Of a DNA stretch of 64,000 nucleotides, positions 54,121 to 62,771 are shown piece after piece. The first letter of the stretch is position 1, and every line of letters starts with the position of its first letter. Where the stretch lies: NCBI GenBank assembly GCA_964599885.1, contig CAZRHH010000008.1, forward strand, positions 22,599 to 86,598, read 5' to 3'. The notes below the pieces were generated by a model that saw only the letters and a program-made list of their open reading frames with translations, was not told where the DNA came from and made no database searches. The DNA comes from an uncultured Dehalococcoidia bacterium (GTDB taxonomy: Bacteria > Chloroflexota > Dehalococcoidia > DSTF01 > JACRBR01). The translations under genes were made by a program, and so were the position numbers.

Positions 54121-54402
54121 CTACGTGGCGCGGCGTCGTCCGACGGCATATCCGCCAAGCGCCACGACGGGTAGCGCCAGCAGCCACCAATCCTGGTCCG
54201 CCGCCATGTCGAGCGACACCGGAAAGTATGGCTTGTCGAGTCCTGCCTCCGCCCGCAATGCGCGACGCTGCTCAGCGGTGCAGAAGCCCGGGCAGACGAT
54301 GTCGTCCCCCGGCATCACACGCAGCATCGTGAACGTGGCAAGCGACAGCAGGAACAGGATCAGCGGCACCAGCATCAACCGCCGCACGATGAATCGGGTC
54401 AT
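54121..54402 (-). CDS. Orphan 93-aa membrane protein equal to the N-terminal module of Opp/Dpp-type ABC permeases (possible gene remnant)
   Basis: ORF 54121..54435. Start set at ATG 54402, 6 nt after GGAGGTG. MTRFIVRRLMLVPLILFLLSLATFTMLRVMPGDDIV..AGLDKPYF matches the conserved permease N-terminus. The ABC permease core (EAA loop etc.) is absent and there are no transporter neighbours. Confidence 0.55.
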   Translation of the reverse strand: MTRFIVRRLMLVPLILFLLSLATFTMLRVMPGDDIVCPGFCTAEQRRALRAEAGLDKPYFPVSLDMAADQDWWLLALPVVALGGYAVGRRRAT

Positions 54403-54491
54403 GACGCACCTCCGAGACAGTCGCCGCCGTACCAAGCCGGAAACCCATCGGCGCCCATACTCCCGATACGCGCCCGGCGCACATCCGGATT

Positions 54492-54547
54492 CCCACCGAT
54501 CTCCGACCTCCCAGTTCCCGCCTCCCGCTTCCCGCTTCCCGCTTCCA
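54492..54547 (-). repeat. Longest tandem heptanucleotide array (minus strand: GGAAGC GGGAAGC GGGAAGC GGGAGGC GGGAACT GGGAGGT CGGAGAT CGGTGGG)
   Basis: Eight 7-nt units. Five consecutive GGG tracts are spaced by 4 nt on the minus strand. The array lies in the divergent spacer between ATG 54402 (-) and ATG 54567 (+). Confidence 0.7.
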
Positions 54548-54566
54548 AACGCGCTACCATCACCGC

Positions 54567-54908
54567 ATGCCCGACTGCCTCTTCTGTAGCATGGCCTCTG
54601 GCGCCATCGACGCGCCCAAACTGCACGACGACGACCTCGTGTTCGCGATCCGCGACATCAACCCGCGCGCCCCGACACACATCCTCATCATCCCGAAACA
54701 GCACATCGCCGACGCGCGCGAACTCACCGACACCGACGGCGCCACGCTCGGACACATGTTCGCGGTCGTCCGCGCGATCGCCGATTCGGAAGGCTTGCTG
54801 AAACGTGGATATCGGCTCGCCTTCAACGTCGGCGAGGACGCCGGCATGACGATCCCGCACCTGCACATGCATCTGATCGGCGGCCGCCATCTCGGCGCCG
54901 AGGGCTGA
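54567..54908 (+). CDS. Histidine triad nucleotide-binding protein (HinT-like)
   Basis: 113 aa. CLFC zinc-motif-like N-terminus, APTHILIIPK, and the triad HLHMHLIGG. Confidence 0.9.
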   Translation: MPDCLFCSMASGAIDAPKLHDDDLVFAIRDINPRAPTHILIIPKQHIADARELTDTDGATLGHMFAVVRAIADSEGLLKRGYRLAFNVGEDAGMTIPHLHMHLIGGRHLGAEG

Positions 54909-54962
54909 TCGCGCCGTCAGCGCGTGCCGCACTGAATCGCCATCAAGGCGAACTCGAGCGAC

Positions 54963-56174
54963 ATGACAGGACTCCCTTCCCGCTTCGTGCCCCATGCCAT
55001 ACTCTCGGCGATTGCGGTCGGTGCGGTCGTCACCGCTGCCGCCGCCGCCTACCTCGCGCCGCTGCCCGACGGGGAGAACGAGTACAACGCGGCGGGATTC
55101 GTCGTCAAACACGCGTGGGTGAAGTTCGCGCTCATCCTCACGACGCCCCTCCGCGACGACCTCACCCGCGCGGAAGAGGACGCGAAGCTCGCGCGCTTCT
55201 TCGAGCTAAACGCGCTTATCGCCAAGCGCGAACGCACAGCCGGCGATCCCGCGACGGATGAAAGTGCCGCGTCGGCGGCCAGCGACGAGTCAGGCACATT
55301 CAGGGATGAGCGCGCCGCGCTCGAAAATACCGTAGAGTTCATCCTCGAACAGCGCCTCGCGAGTGTCGTGGGGGATGCCGGCCTGACGCGGCACTACGGG
55401 CGCGACATCGTCTGGCCGCCGATCAGCGTCGAATTCGAGCCACCGCCCGCGGTGCTGATCACGTCACCGCGGAACGAGATCCGCCGCGATGGCGAGTCGC
55501 TGCTCGAAGCGGCGCTGCCGATCGAGCGCATCCACCAGATCGAGCAGCGCGCCGAGCGTGACGGCGCGACTTCAGCGCTCGTCGTCAACGTCGGCGGCAT
55601 CGCGACGTATCCCGCGATCATCCCGCATTCGGCGAACTATCGGTTCGTGCTGCAAGACATCGCGCATGAATGGCTGCACCACTATCTGTACTTCACACCG
55701 CTCGGCCGCCGCTACTACCAGAAGGCCGAACTGCGCACTCTCAACGAGACCGTCGCAAACCTCGCCGGGAACGAACTCGGCGACATCATGTTCGAGCGCT
55801 ATCCGCTGCCCGAACGCGCCGTCACGGCGCCGCCCACACCAGGCGCGGCGCCGCTCGACTTCACGCGCGAGATGCGCGATCTACGCCGCACCGTCGAAGC
55901 GTTACTACGGGATGGTCAGATCGCCGAGGCCGAACGGCGGATGGAGGAGAAGCGCGTCTACCTCGCGGGCAACGGCATCTACATTCGCAAGCTGAACCAG
56001 GCGTACTTCGCGTTTCACGGTTCGTACGCCGACAGCGCAGGTTCGATCGATCCGATCGGCCCGAAGCTCGATCGCCTGCGTGAGCAAAGCGTGTCCGTGG
56101 AAGACTTTATCGAGACGGCGCGCGAGCTGACCTCGGGCGGCGACCTCGACGCGGCGATCGGCGCTACGCCGTGA
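54963..56174 (+). CDS. Hypothetical membrane-anchored protein with HExxH motif (putative metallopeptidase-like)
   Basis: 403 aa. N-terminal TM segment ILSAIAVGAVVTAAAAAYL and the motif IAHEWLHHYL. The 3' end overlaps convergent rpe by 11 nt. Confidence 0.6.
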   Translation: MTGLPSRFVPHAILSAIAVGAVVTAAAAAYLAPLPDGENEYNAAGFVVKHAWVKFALILTTPLRDDLTRAEEDAKLARFFELNALIAKRERTAGDPATDESAASAASDESGTFRDERAALENTVEFILEQRLASVVGDAGLTRHYGRDIVWPPISVEFEPPPAVLITSPRNEIRRDGESLLEAALPIERIHQIEQRAERDGATSALVVNVGGIATYPAIIPHSANYRFVLQDIAHEWLHHYLYFTPLGRRYYQKAELRTLNETVANLAGNELGDIMFERYPLPERAVTAPPTPGAAPLDFTREMRDLRRTVEALLRDGQIAEAERRMEEKRVYLAGNGIYIRKLNQAYFAFHGSYADSAGSIDPIGPKLDRLREQSVSVEDFIETARELTSGGDLDAAIGATP

Positions 56175-56835
56175 CCTTCGCCGCAGCGTCACGCAGCGCT
56201 TTGAGGTTCATCTGTGGCGACGCCTCGCTGTTGTACACCGACGAGCCGCACACCATCACATCCGCGCCCGCTTCGATGCATGCCGCGACGTTGTTCACCT
56301 TCACGCCGCCGTCCACTTCGATCTCCGGCGACAAGCTCCGCTCGTCGAGCATCGCACGCAGCCGCCGCACTTTGCCGATGGTCGAAGGCAGCAGCTTCTG
56401 CCCGCCCCAGCCCGGGTTGATCATCATCACCATCACCTGATCCGCAACGTCGAGCACGTCTTCGATCGCGCTCAGCGGTGTCGCCGGATTGATGCAGATG
56501 CCGGCGCGCTTCCGCATCGCGTGGATGCTGCGCAACAGCCGGTCGGCGTGCCCCGTTGCCTCGACGTGGAAGTTGATGATGTCGCCGCCCGCTTCGGCGA
56601 ACGCTTCGAACTGCCGCTCCGGCTGCTCGATCATCAGGTGAATGTCGAGCGGCAGCTTCGTCACCTTGCGCACCATCTCGACGACGATCGGCCCGAAGGT
56701 GATCGGCGGCACGAACTTGCCGTCCATCACGTCGAGATGAATGTAGTCGGCGCCACCCGCTTCGGCCTCGCGGATCTGCTCGGCCAGCCGGCCGAAGTCC
56801 GCAGTAAGAATCGATGGCGCGAGTTTGATGCCCAA
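56164..56835 (-). CDS. rpe: Ribulose-phosphate 3-epimerase
   Basis: 223 aa. HLDVMDGKFVP, PGWGGQK and VDGG motifs. Confidence 0.95.
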   Translation of the reverse strand: MGIKLAPSILTADFGRLAEQIREAEAGGADYIHLDVMDGKFVPPITFGPIVVEMVRKVTKLPLDIHLMIEQPERQFEAFAEAGGDIINFHVEATGHADRLLRSIHAMRKRAGICINPATPLSAIEDVLDVADQVMVMMINPGWGGQKLLPSTIGKVRRLRAMLDERSLSPEIEVDGGVKVNNVAACIEAGADVMVCGSSVYNSEASPQMNLKALRDAAAKVTA

Positions 56836-56844
56836 GAGTTCCTC

Positions 56845-58293
56845 CTACGGCTTGCGCTTCGCCCGGCGCGGCGCGATGTCGCTCAGCAGCCGTTCGATCC
56901 GCTTGCGTTCGCGACGCAGTGCCGCCGACACCTGCTTCGGAGCGGTCCCACCGGGCACGTCGCGCGATCGTACCGACATCATCACGTCGATGCCCTGCGC
57001 ATCCGCCGCGAATAGCTTGGAGAATCGCCGCATTTCTGCGAGCGGCATCTCGCCAAGCTCGATACCGCGTCCCTCGGCGCGCCGGACGAGCTGCCCCACC
57101 GCCTCGTGCGCTTCCCGAAACGGCAGCCCCTTTCGCACCAAATAGTCGGCAAGGTCCGTCGCCAGCGAATAGTTCGCCGCCGACGCCTTCAGTGCGCGTT
57201 CGGCATCGACTTCGATTCCCGGCAGCATCGCCGCCAGAACTTCGAGCGTACTCAGCAGCGTGTCCTCCGTGTCGAACAGCGCCGGCTTGTCTTCCTGCAT
57301 GTCGCGGTTATACGAGAGCGGCAGCCCCTTCAGCATCGTCAGCACCGCGACAAGCGCGCCGATCGCCCGGCCGGTGCGCCCGCGCGCCAATTCGGCGACG
57401 TCCGGGTTCTTCTTCTGCGGCATGATGCTCGAACCCGTCGCGAACGCGTCCGGCAACCGGATGAACGCGAACTCCGCGCTCGACCACAGCACCAACTCTT
57501 CCGCCAGCCGCGACACGTGTACCATCGAGAGCGCGCACGCATGCACGAAGTCGACGACGAAATCCCGATCCGACACCGCGTCCATGCTGTTCGCGGTCAC
57601 GCCACCAAAGCCAAGCTCTTCGGCCACCGACGCGCGGTCGATCGGATACGGCACGCCGGCCAGTGCGCCGCTGCCGAGCGGCAGCTTGTCCATCGCCACG
57701 AACGCGTACCCGAACCGCTCAGCATCACGGTCGAACATCGCGACGTACGCGAGCAAGTGATGCGCGAGCAACACAGGCTGCGCGCGCTGCATGTGCGTGT
57801 AGCCCGGCATCACAACGCCGCTGTTCGCCTCGGCGAGCGTAAGCAGCGCTGATTGCACATCGAGCAGGCGCAGCGTTGCGCGGATGCACGCCTCCTTCAC
57901 GTACATCCGGAAGTCCGTCGCAACCTGATCGTTGCGCGAGCGCGCGGTGTGCAGCCGTCCCGCCGCCGCGCCGATCTTCTCCGCGAGCCGCGACTCGACG
58001 TTCATGTGTACGTCTTCGAGATCGCTGCGCATTTCAAACTTGCCGCTCTCGAACTCGGCGCGGATCTCCGTCAGCCCGCGCACGATCGCGTCGGCGTCCT
58101 TCTTCGGAATGATGCTCTGGCGTCCGAGCATGCGCGCGTGCGCGATCGAGGCCATGACGTCGTACGGCAGCAATCGCGCGTCGGCGGCAATCGACGACGT
58201 GTACGTCTCGACCATGCGGTTCGTGGCTTCGGAGAATCGCCCGCCCCAGAGCTTCGCGGCCGGCTTGCGTGCGGTCGCCGCGGCGACCGTCAC
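56845..58293 (-). CDS. argH: Argininosuccinate lyase
   Basis: ORF 56845..58398. Start set at GTG 58293, which overlaps the upstream stop (GTGA) and gives VTVAAATARKPAAKLWGGRF. GSSIMPQKKNPD signature. Confidence 0.93.
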   Translation of the reverse strand: MTVAAATARKPAAKLWGGRFSEATNRMVETYTSSIAADARLLPYDVMASIAHARMLGRQSIIPKKDADAIVRGLTEIRAEFESGKFEMRSDLEDVHMNVESRLAEKIGAAAGRLHTARSRNDQVATDFRMYVKEACIRATLRLLDVQSALLTLAEANSGVVMPGYTHMQRAQPVLLAHHLLAYVAMFDRDAERFGYAFVAMDKLPLGSGALAGVPYPIDRASVAEELGFGGVTANSMDAVSDRDFVVDFVHACALSMVHVSRLAEELVLWSSAEFAFIRLPDAFATGSSIMPQKKNPDVAELARGRTGRAIGALVAVLTMLKGLPLSYNRDMQEDKPALFDTEDTLLSTLEVLAAMLPGIEVDAERALKASAANYSLATDLADYLVRKGLPFREAHEAVGQLVRRAEGRGIELGEMPLAEMRRFSKLFAADAQGIDVMMSVRSRDVPGGTAPKQVSAALRRERKRIERLLSDIAPRRAKRKP

Positions 58294-59960
58294 GGCGCGC
58301 TCGTCGCCGCCATCACGTCGCTTGCGTCCTCGCGTACCAGCAGATTGAACCACGCACCCTCCCGGATCTCGACGCTCCGCGCCTCGTAATCGTCCCACAG
58401 CCGAAGCGTGTTGAGCATGTCGATGCGCGCCGGAATCAGCCCGAACGCCAGCTCCGAGTAGCTCTCACGGTCACGCGCCGCTCCCGCCAGCGTGTCTTCG
58501 ATGATGATGATATCAGGGGCGCGGTCGAGGACGTACTCGCTATCGTACTTCTCGTGACCGGCAGCGAACGAGCCGAGCGCCACGTCAAGGTGGGCGATGT
58601 GCTCGTCGCTGATGCCCAGCATGTCGATCGTTTCCAGCCGCGACTCGAAGGGAATCGCGCCGGCGGGGATCACCGCTATCGACGTATCGGCTGGCACGCT
58701 GTCTCCGAGCCAGCGTCCGATGTCCGCTCGATCGCGGACGGCGGCGCGCTCGGGACGGACGTTAACATCCGTCACCGAGCCCTGCAACGTGAACGCGATC
58801 AGCGCCGCGGAGGCGAGAGCGACGGCGCCTTCCGCAACGAACCGCGGAGGTTTGCGCTCGACACGGACCGTCTGCAACAGCCCCGCGGTGGACGTAGCGA
58901 TCAGCGCGTACAGCAGCGGCATGATCGGCGCGAGGAAGCGGAAACGAACCAGCGCGTCGCCGCCGACGTAGGCGACGTACGCCATCCATGCGATTGCGAG
59001 CGCAAGCACGTACATCGACGCCAGCCGCCGCACCGCGCCGAACGCCGCGGCCACCGGCACGAGCAGCAGCAGCCATACGGCGTACTCTCGCGCGAACACC
59101 GCGAGGTGCCGCAACCCGCGATCGTACTGGTCGAGGCCGTCGCCGACCTTCGCGTAGTATGTGTTCGGAAAGGCGTAGTCGTACGTCGTGTAGCGCCAGA
59201 TGAAGTACGGCGCGAAGACGAGCGCGAAGCCGGCCGCCCACGCCAGCAGCCACAACACGTCGCGCATCACGCGATCGCGCGACGCCCCGCTGAGCGCCAG
59301 CGCGACAACTTCGCCGGCCTTGAACAGCGCCGACACGGCAAACAGCAGCGGCGCGTCCGGACGCGTCAGCGCCGCGACGCCCCACACGGCGCCAGACAGC
59401 GGTACGCCACTGCCAGCGTGACCGGCGCCCGATTCGCGTATGTGCAGCAGCGCCGCGCCGACGATCAGCAGCGCGAACAACGACGTCTCGAGCCCTGCCG
59501 TCGACCACAGCGCGTACGGCCCCGCCGCCGCGAGCAGCAGCACCGCCATCAGACCGCCAGCGCGCCCGGCGGCGCCATGCAGGAGCTGCGTCGACAGCAC
59601 GTACGTCCCGCACAACGTCACGGCGCCGAGCGCGAATCCGAGCCACCGCCCGCTCAGCACCATGTCGGCGCCCGCTTTATGCAGCCCGGCGAGGATCATC
59701 ACCCAGAGGTAGTTCGAATAGCCCTCGACGTACTCGCCCGGGTTCCAGACGAGTCCCAGGCCTTCGCTCAGATTGCGCGCGTAGCGGTACGAGATGTAGG
59801 CGTCGTCGCTCGTGTAGTCGAAGTACATGCGGCTGTGCATGAGCAGGATCAGCGCGCCGCCGGCCACAGCCGCAACAAAGTACTGCCGCGTAAACCGCGC
59901 GACGAGCGCCGACGCGCCCGCCGTACCCAGCACCGCCGCGACGAGCCACGGAAACGTCAT
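58290..59960 (-). CDS. Polytopic membrane protein, GT-C-like glycosyltransferase (putative)
   Basis: 556 aa. About 12-13 TM segments, with a first-loop acidic motif YTSDDAYISYRYARNLSEGLGLVWNPGEYVEGYSNYLW, and about 150 aa of soluble C-terminal region. Confidence 0.65.
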   Translation of the reverse strand: MTFPWLVAAVLGTAGASALVARFTRQYFVAAVAGGALILLMHSRMYFDYTSDDAYISYRYARNLSEGLGLVWNPGEYVEGYSNYLWVMILAGLHKAGADMVLSGRWLGFALGAVTLCGTYVLSTQLLHGAAGRAGGLMAVLLLAAAGPYALWSTAGLETSLFALLIVGAALLHIRESGAGHAGSGVPLSGAVWGVAALTRPDAPLLFAVSALFKAGEVVALALSGASRDRVMRDVLWLLAWAAGFALVFAPYFIWRYTTYDYAFPNTYYAKVGDGLDQYDRGLRHLAVFAREYAVWLLLLVPVAAAFGAVRRLASMYVLALAIAWMAYVAYVGGDALVRFRFLAPIMPLLYALIATSTAGLLQTVRVERKPPRFVAEGAVALASAALIAFTLQGSVTDVNVRPERAAVRDRADIGRWLGDSVPADTSIAVIPAGAIPFESRLETIDMLGISDEHIAHLDVALGSFAAGHEKYDSEYVLDRAPDIIIIEDTLAGAARDRESYSELAFGLIPARIDMLNTLRLWDDYEARSVEIREGAWFNLLVREDASDVMAATSAP

Positions 59961-59994
59961 GCGGGATCGCTCAACATGCCACTCGAGATCGCGC

Positions 59995-60840
59995 TCACGA
60001 TTGTGCGAAAATCGGCAGTTCCGTGAGCTCCCAGAGCGTGTGGATCGTGTACTCCGGCGTCACGCCTTCGCCGCCGCCGAACTCGCCGAGCGCTCGGCCT
60101 GTCTGCGCTCGCGTCGCCGGCGTCTCGGCCGGCACCTCGCCGACCTGTTCCGGCTCGTGCGGTGCATCGGGACGAACGTTCGGCGGTTTCCTGCGCCAGA
60201 TCGCCGTCATGCCGAGCTCCTGAGCGCCTTCGACATCGGCGCGGAGCGAGTCGCCGCACATCGCCGTCTCGCGCGGATCGATCTTCATCTCGTCGAACAC
60301 GTACTCGTACGCCTTCGCGTGAGGCTTCATGTAACCGAGATCGCACGACACCGCGGTCGACTCGAAGTACGTGTCAAGCGTCAGTTCGCGCAGTTCCTCG
60401 GTGAAGCGCGGGCCGCCGAACACGCGATTCGTCACACAGCCGATGCGGTAACCGTGGTCCCGCAGCCAGTCGAGCATCGGGAACGCGTCGTCGTACATGC
60501 TCCGGCCGAGCTTGAGTCCGCCGATGTTCCAGGCGTCCCACAGCGCCGTCGCCCGCTCGTAGTCGATCTCCAGCCCCATCTCGCCGGCGATGCCACGGAC
60601 GACCTCGTTGAAGTCCGGACTGACGCAGTCAGACTCGTACGCCGCCCGATCAGCGCGCTCGACGCCGAAGCGGATTTCACGTCCGAGAAACCGCAGCTTC
60701 TCGTCGAGCGGCACGCCCCACGTCTTGAGCAGGCCGCCGATCCGGCGCATCGTTTCGGTACGGATCTCCTGCGCCGGCGGAAGCTGCGGGAAGTGCCACA
60801 GCGTGTCGCCGAGGTCAAATAGCACGGTCTTAATGGCCAT
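59995..60840 (-). CDS. HAD-superfamily hydrolase
   Basis: ORF 59995..60987. Start set at ATG 60840 (MAIKTVLFDLGDTLW) behind GAGGAGGGG. Later motifs CVTNR and CGDSLRADV. Confidence 0.82.
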   Translation of the reverse strand: MAIKTVLFDLGDTLWHFPQLPPAQEIRTETMRRIGGLLKTWGVPLDEKLRFLGREIRFGVERADRAAYESDCVSPDFNEVVRGIAGEMGLEIDYERATALWDAWNIGGLKLGRSMYDDAFPMLDWLRDHGYRIGCVTNRVFGGPRFTEELRELTLDTYFESTAVSCDLGYMKPHAKAYEYVFDEMKIDPRETAMCGDSLRADVEGAQELGMTAIWRRKPPNVRPDAPHEPEQVGEVPAETPATRAQTGRALGEFGGGEGVTPEYTIHTLWELTELPIFAQS

Positions 60841-60976
60841 GAACCCCTCCTCGGGCGAGGATACCGCCCGATCCGGCGTCGAGCCACCGCTCAGATTCGG
60901 CCGGCGTTGCAACGTTCCCCTCTCGATTCGAGCCTGGGCCACGCCGATACGTAAGTAGCGACATGGAGATTCCGCG

Positions 60977-62374
60977 ATGACGAACAAGCTCTTCCCCCCG
61001 CTCGGGCTGGCGGCGTTGTGCGCACCAATCGCCGCCTTCGCCTATCTACAGGGGCGGCCCGGGCTCGACCCCGTCGTCCTGGACGCGAAGTTTCACTTCT
61101 GGGTCGTCAGCGGCACGGCGCTCGCCGCGGCTCTCGCCTGCGTAACGCTGATCATCTCCGCGCGCACGTTGCGTGAGACGCGCCTCGTGTTCCTCGCGCT
61201 GGCCTTCCTCGCGATCGCTGGCATTTTCTCCGTACACGGCCTCCTCACGCCCGGCTACTTCGCGCACACGCTGCACGCCTCCGTACCCGTATCGGCGTGG
61301 GTCAGCACGGTCGCTGGCGGCATCTTTGTCGCGCTCAGCGCCATGACGATGCCGCAGCGCGTCGAAGCGATCATCCAGCGCGCGGGCAGCGCCGTCTTCG
61401 CCTGGATCGCCATCACGATCAGCATGTACACGCTCATGAGCTTCGCGTTCGTCGACTGGCTGGCGTGGGTGCCTACGGACGAGCGCAGTGTCGTCTACGT
61501 GGCGGCGTTCGCCTCGGTCACGCTCTACGGGTTCGCCGCCGTGCGTTACTTCGAGGCGTACCGCTTCGCGAAGCTGCCGTCGCAGCTCGCGATGGTCATC
61601 GCGCTCGTGCTGCTCTGTCAGGTGCCGCCGATCGTGCTCTGGGGCACGACGTTCGAGCTGTCGTGGTGGATCTACCACGCGCTCTACGCCACCGCGTTCC
61701 TTGTGCTCTTCACCGGCTGGGCGATCGAAGCGCAGCGCGCCGGTTCGCTCAAGGTGATCGCCGAAGCGCTGTCGATGCGCGACGCGCTGGCGCAGCTCAA
61801 CCGCGGTCACGACGAGCACATGCTCGAACTGGTCGACGCGATCGAAACCAAAGACGTCGCGACGCTCGGGCACGTCCGCCGCGTCGGCGCGTTCGCGCTG
61901 GCGATCGGGAAGCAACTCGCGTTGCCGGCCGATCAACTCCGCTCGCTCGCCCTCGCCGCGCAAATGCACGATGTCGGCAAGATCGGCGTGCCGGACGCCA
62001 TCTTGCTCAAGCCGGGCCCACTGGACGACGCCGAACTCACCGAGATGCGACAACACACGCAGCGCGGCGACGATATCGCCAGCCGCGTCGGCGTGCTGAA
62101 GGAACTGGCGCCGATCATCCGCGCCCACCACGAGCGCATGAACGGCGGCGGCTATCCCGACGGCCTCGCCGGCAACCAGATCCCGCTGCTCGCCCGCATC
62201 ATCGGCGTCGCCGACTCGTATGACGCGATGACTTCCGACCGCCCCTACCGCGGCGCTATGACGCACGACGAAGCCATCGCCGAACTCCTCCGCACCCGCG
62301 GCACTGAGCTAGATGCGCCGTGCGTCGATGCGTTCATCGCCTCGCAAGAAGTGCGCCATGCGCACGCGGCGTAG
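60977..62374 (+). CDS. Membrane-bound HD-GYP domain protein (putative c-di-GMP phosphodiesterase)
   Basis: 465 aa. Seven TM-like N-terminal segments, then HDVGKIGVP and HHERMNGGGYPDGL. Confidence 0.88.
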   Translation: MTNKLFPPLGLAALCAPIAAFAYLQGRPGLDPVVLDAKFHFWVVSGTALAAALACVTLIISARTLRETRLVFLALAFLAIAGIFSVHGLLTPGYFAHTLHASVPVSAWVSTVAGGIFVALSAMTMPQRVEAIIQRAGSAVFAWIAITISMYTLMSFAFVDWLAWVPTDERSVVYVAAFASVTLYGFAAVRYFEAYRFAKLPSQLAMVIALVLLCQVPPIVLWGTTFELSWWIYHALYATAFLVLFTGWAIEAQRAGSLKVIAEALSMRDALAQLNRGHDEHMLELVDAIETKDVATLGHVRRVGAFALAIGKQLALPADQLRSLALAAQMHDVGKIGVPDAILLKPGPLDDAELTEMRQHTQRGDDIASRVGVLKELAPIIRAHHERMNGGGYPDGLAGNQIPLLARIIGVADSYDAMTSDRPYRGAMTHDEAIAELLRTRGTELDAPCVDAFIASQEVRHAHAA

Positions 62375-62418
62375 CGGATTGCCCACATGAGTCACGATGA
62401 GTTCGCTATTCCGGACTG

Positions 62419-62577
62419 TTGGCCGGACTTCTCCTGTGGATAATTGGAGTAGCGGGCGCGCTCGTGTGGACCCGAGTAGTCGATCCATCACGCGGTAAGC
62501 GCGAACTGTTCATCGGATCGCTACTCGGCGCGATCATACCCACGGTTGCAGTCGGCACGGGATTTCTGCGTGGCTAG
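62419..62577 (+). CDS. Unannotated 2-TM mini-protein, paralog 1 (52 aa from TTG; start unclear)
   Basis: Below the 60-aa ORF-track cutoff. Hand translation gives LAGLLLWIIGVAGALVWTRVVDPSRGKRELFIGSLLGAIIPTVAVGTGFLRG*. About 30 % ungapped identity to the next mini-ORF. The frame is closed by TGA at 62398-62400 just upstream. ATG 62397 would need a +1 shift to join it. Confidence 0.4.
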   Translation: MAGLLLWIIGVAGALVWTRVVDPSRGKRELFIGSLLGAIIPTVAVGTGFLRG

Positions 62578-62591
62578 AAGAAAGTAAATAC

Positions 62592-62771
62592 TTGAAGAAG
62601 GAATTTTCCCTTGGCCTGGCTCTTGGCGCGGTTTTATGGATCTTTGCGATCATCGGAATCCTTCTCTGGGGGTTCGTCGCGGAACGGCGGGCAGGGCGCT
62701 GGGAATTGCTGAGCGGTGCCGGCATAGGCGCCGTCGTTTCAACGATTCCTTTTGTGTTGTTGGGACGTTGA
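62592..62771 (+). CDS. Unannotated 2-TM mini-protein, paralog 2 (59 aa, TTG start)
   Basis: Hand translation gives LKKEFSLGLALGAVLWIFAIIGILLWGFVAERRAGRWELLSGAGIGAVVSTIPFVLLGR*. Two hydrophobic helices flank a basic loop. Local GC is 43-58 % by hand count. Confidence 0.45.
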   Translation: MKKEFSLGLALGAVLWIFAIIGILLWGFVAERRAGRWELLSGAGIGAVVSTIPFVLLGR

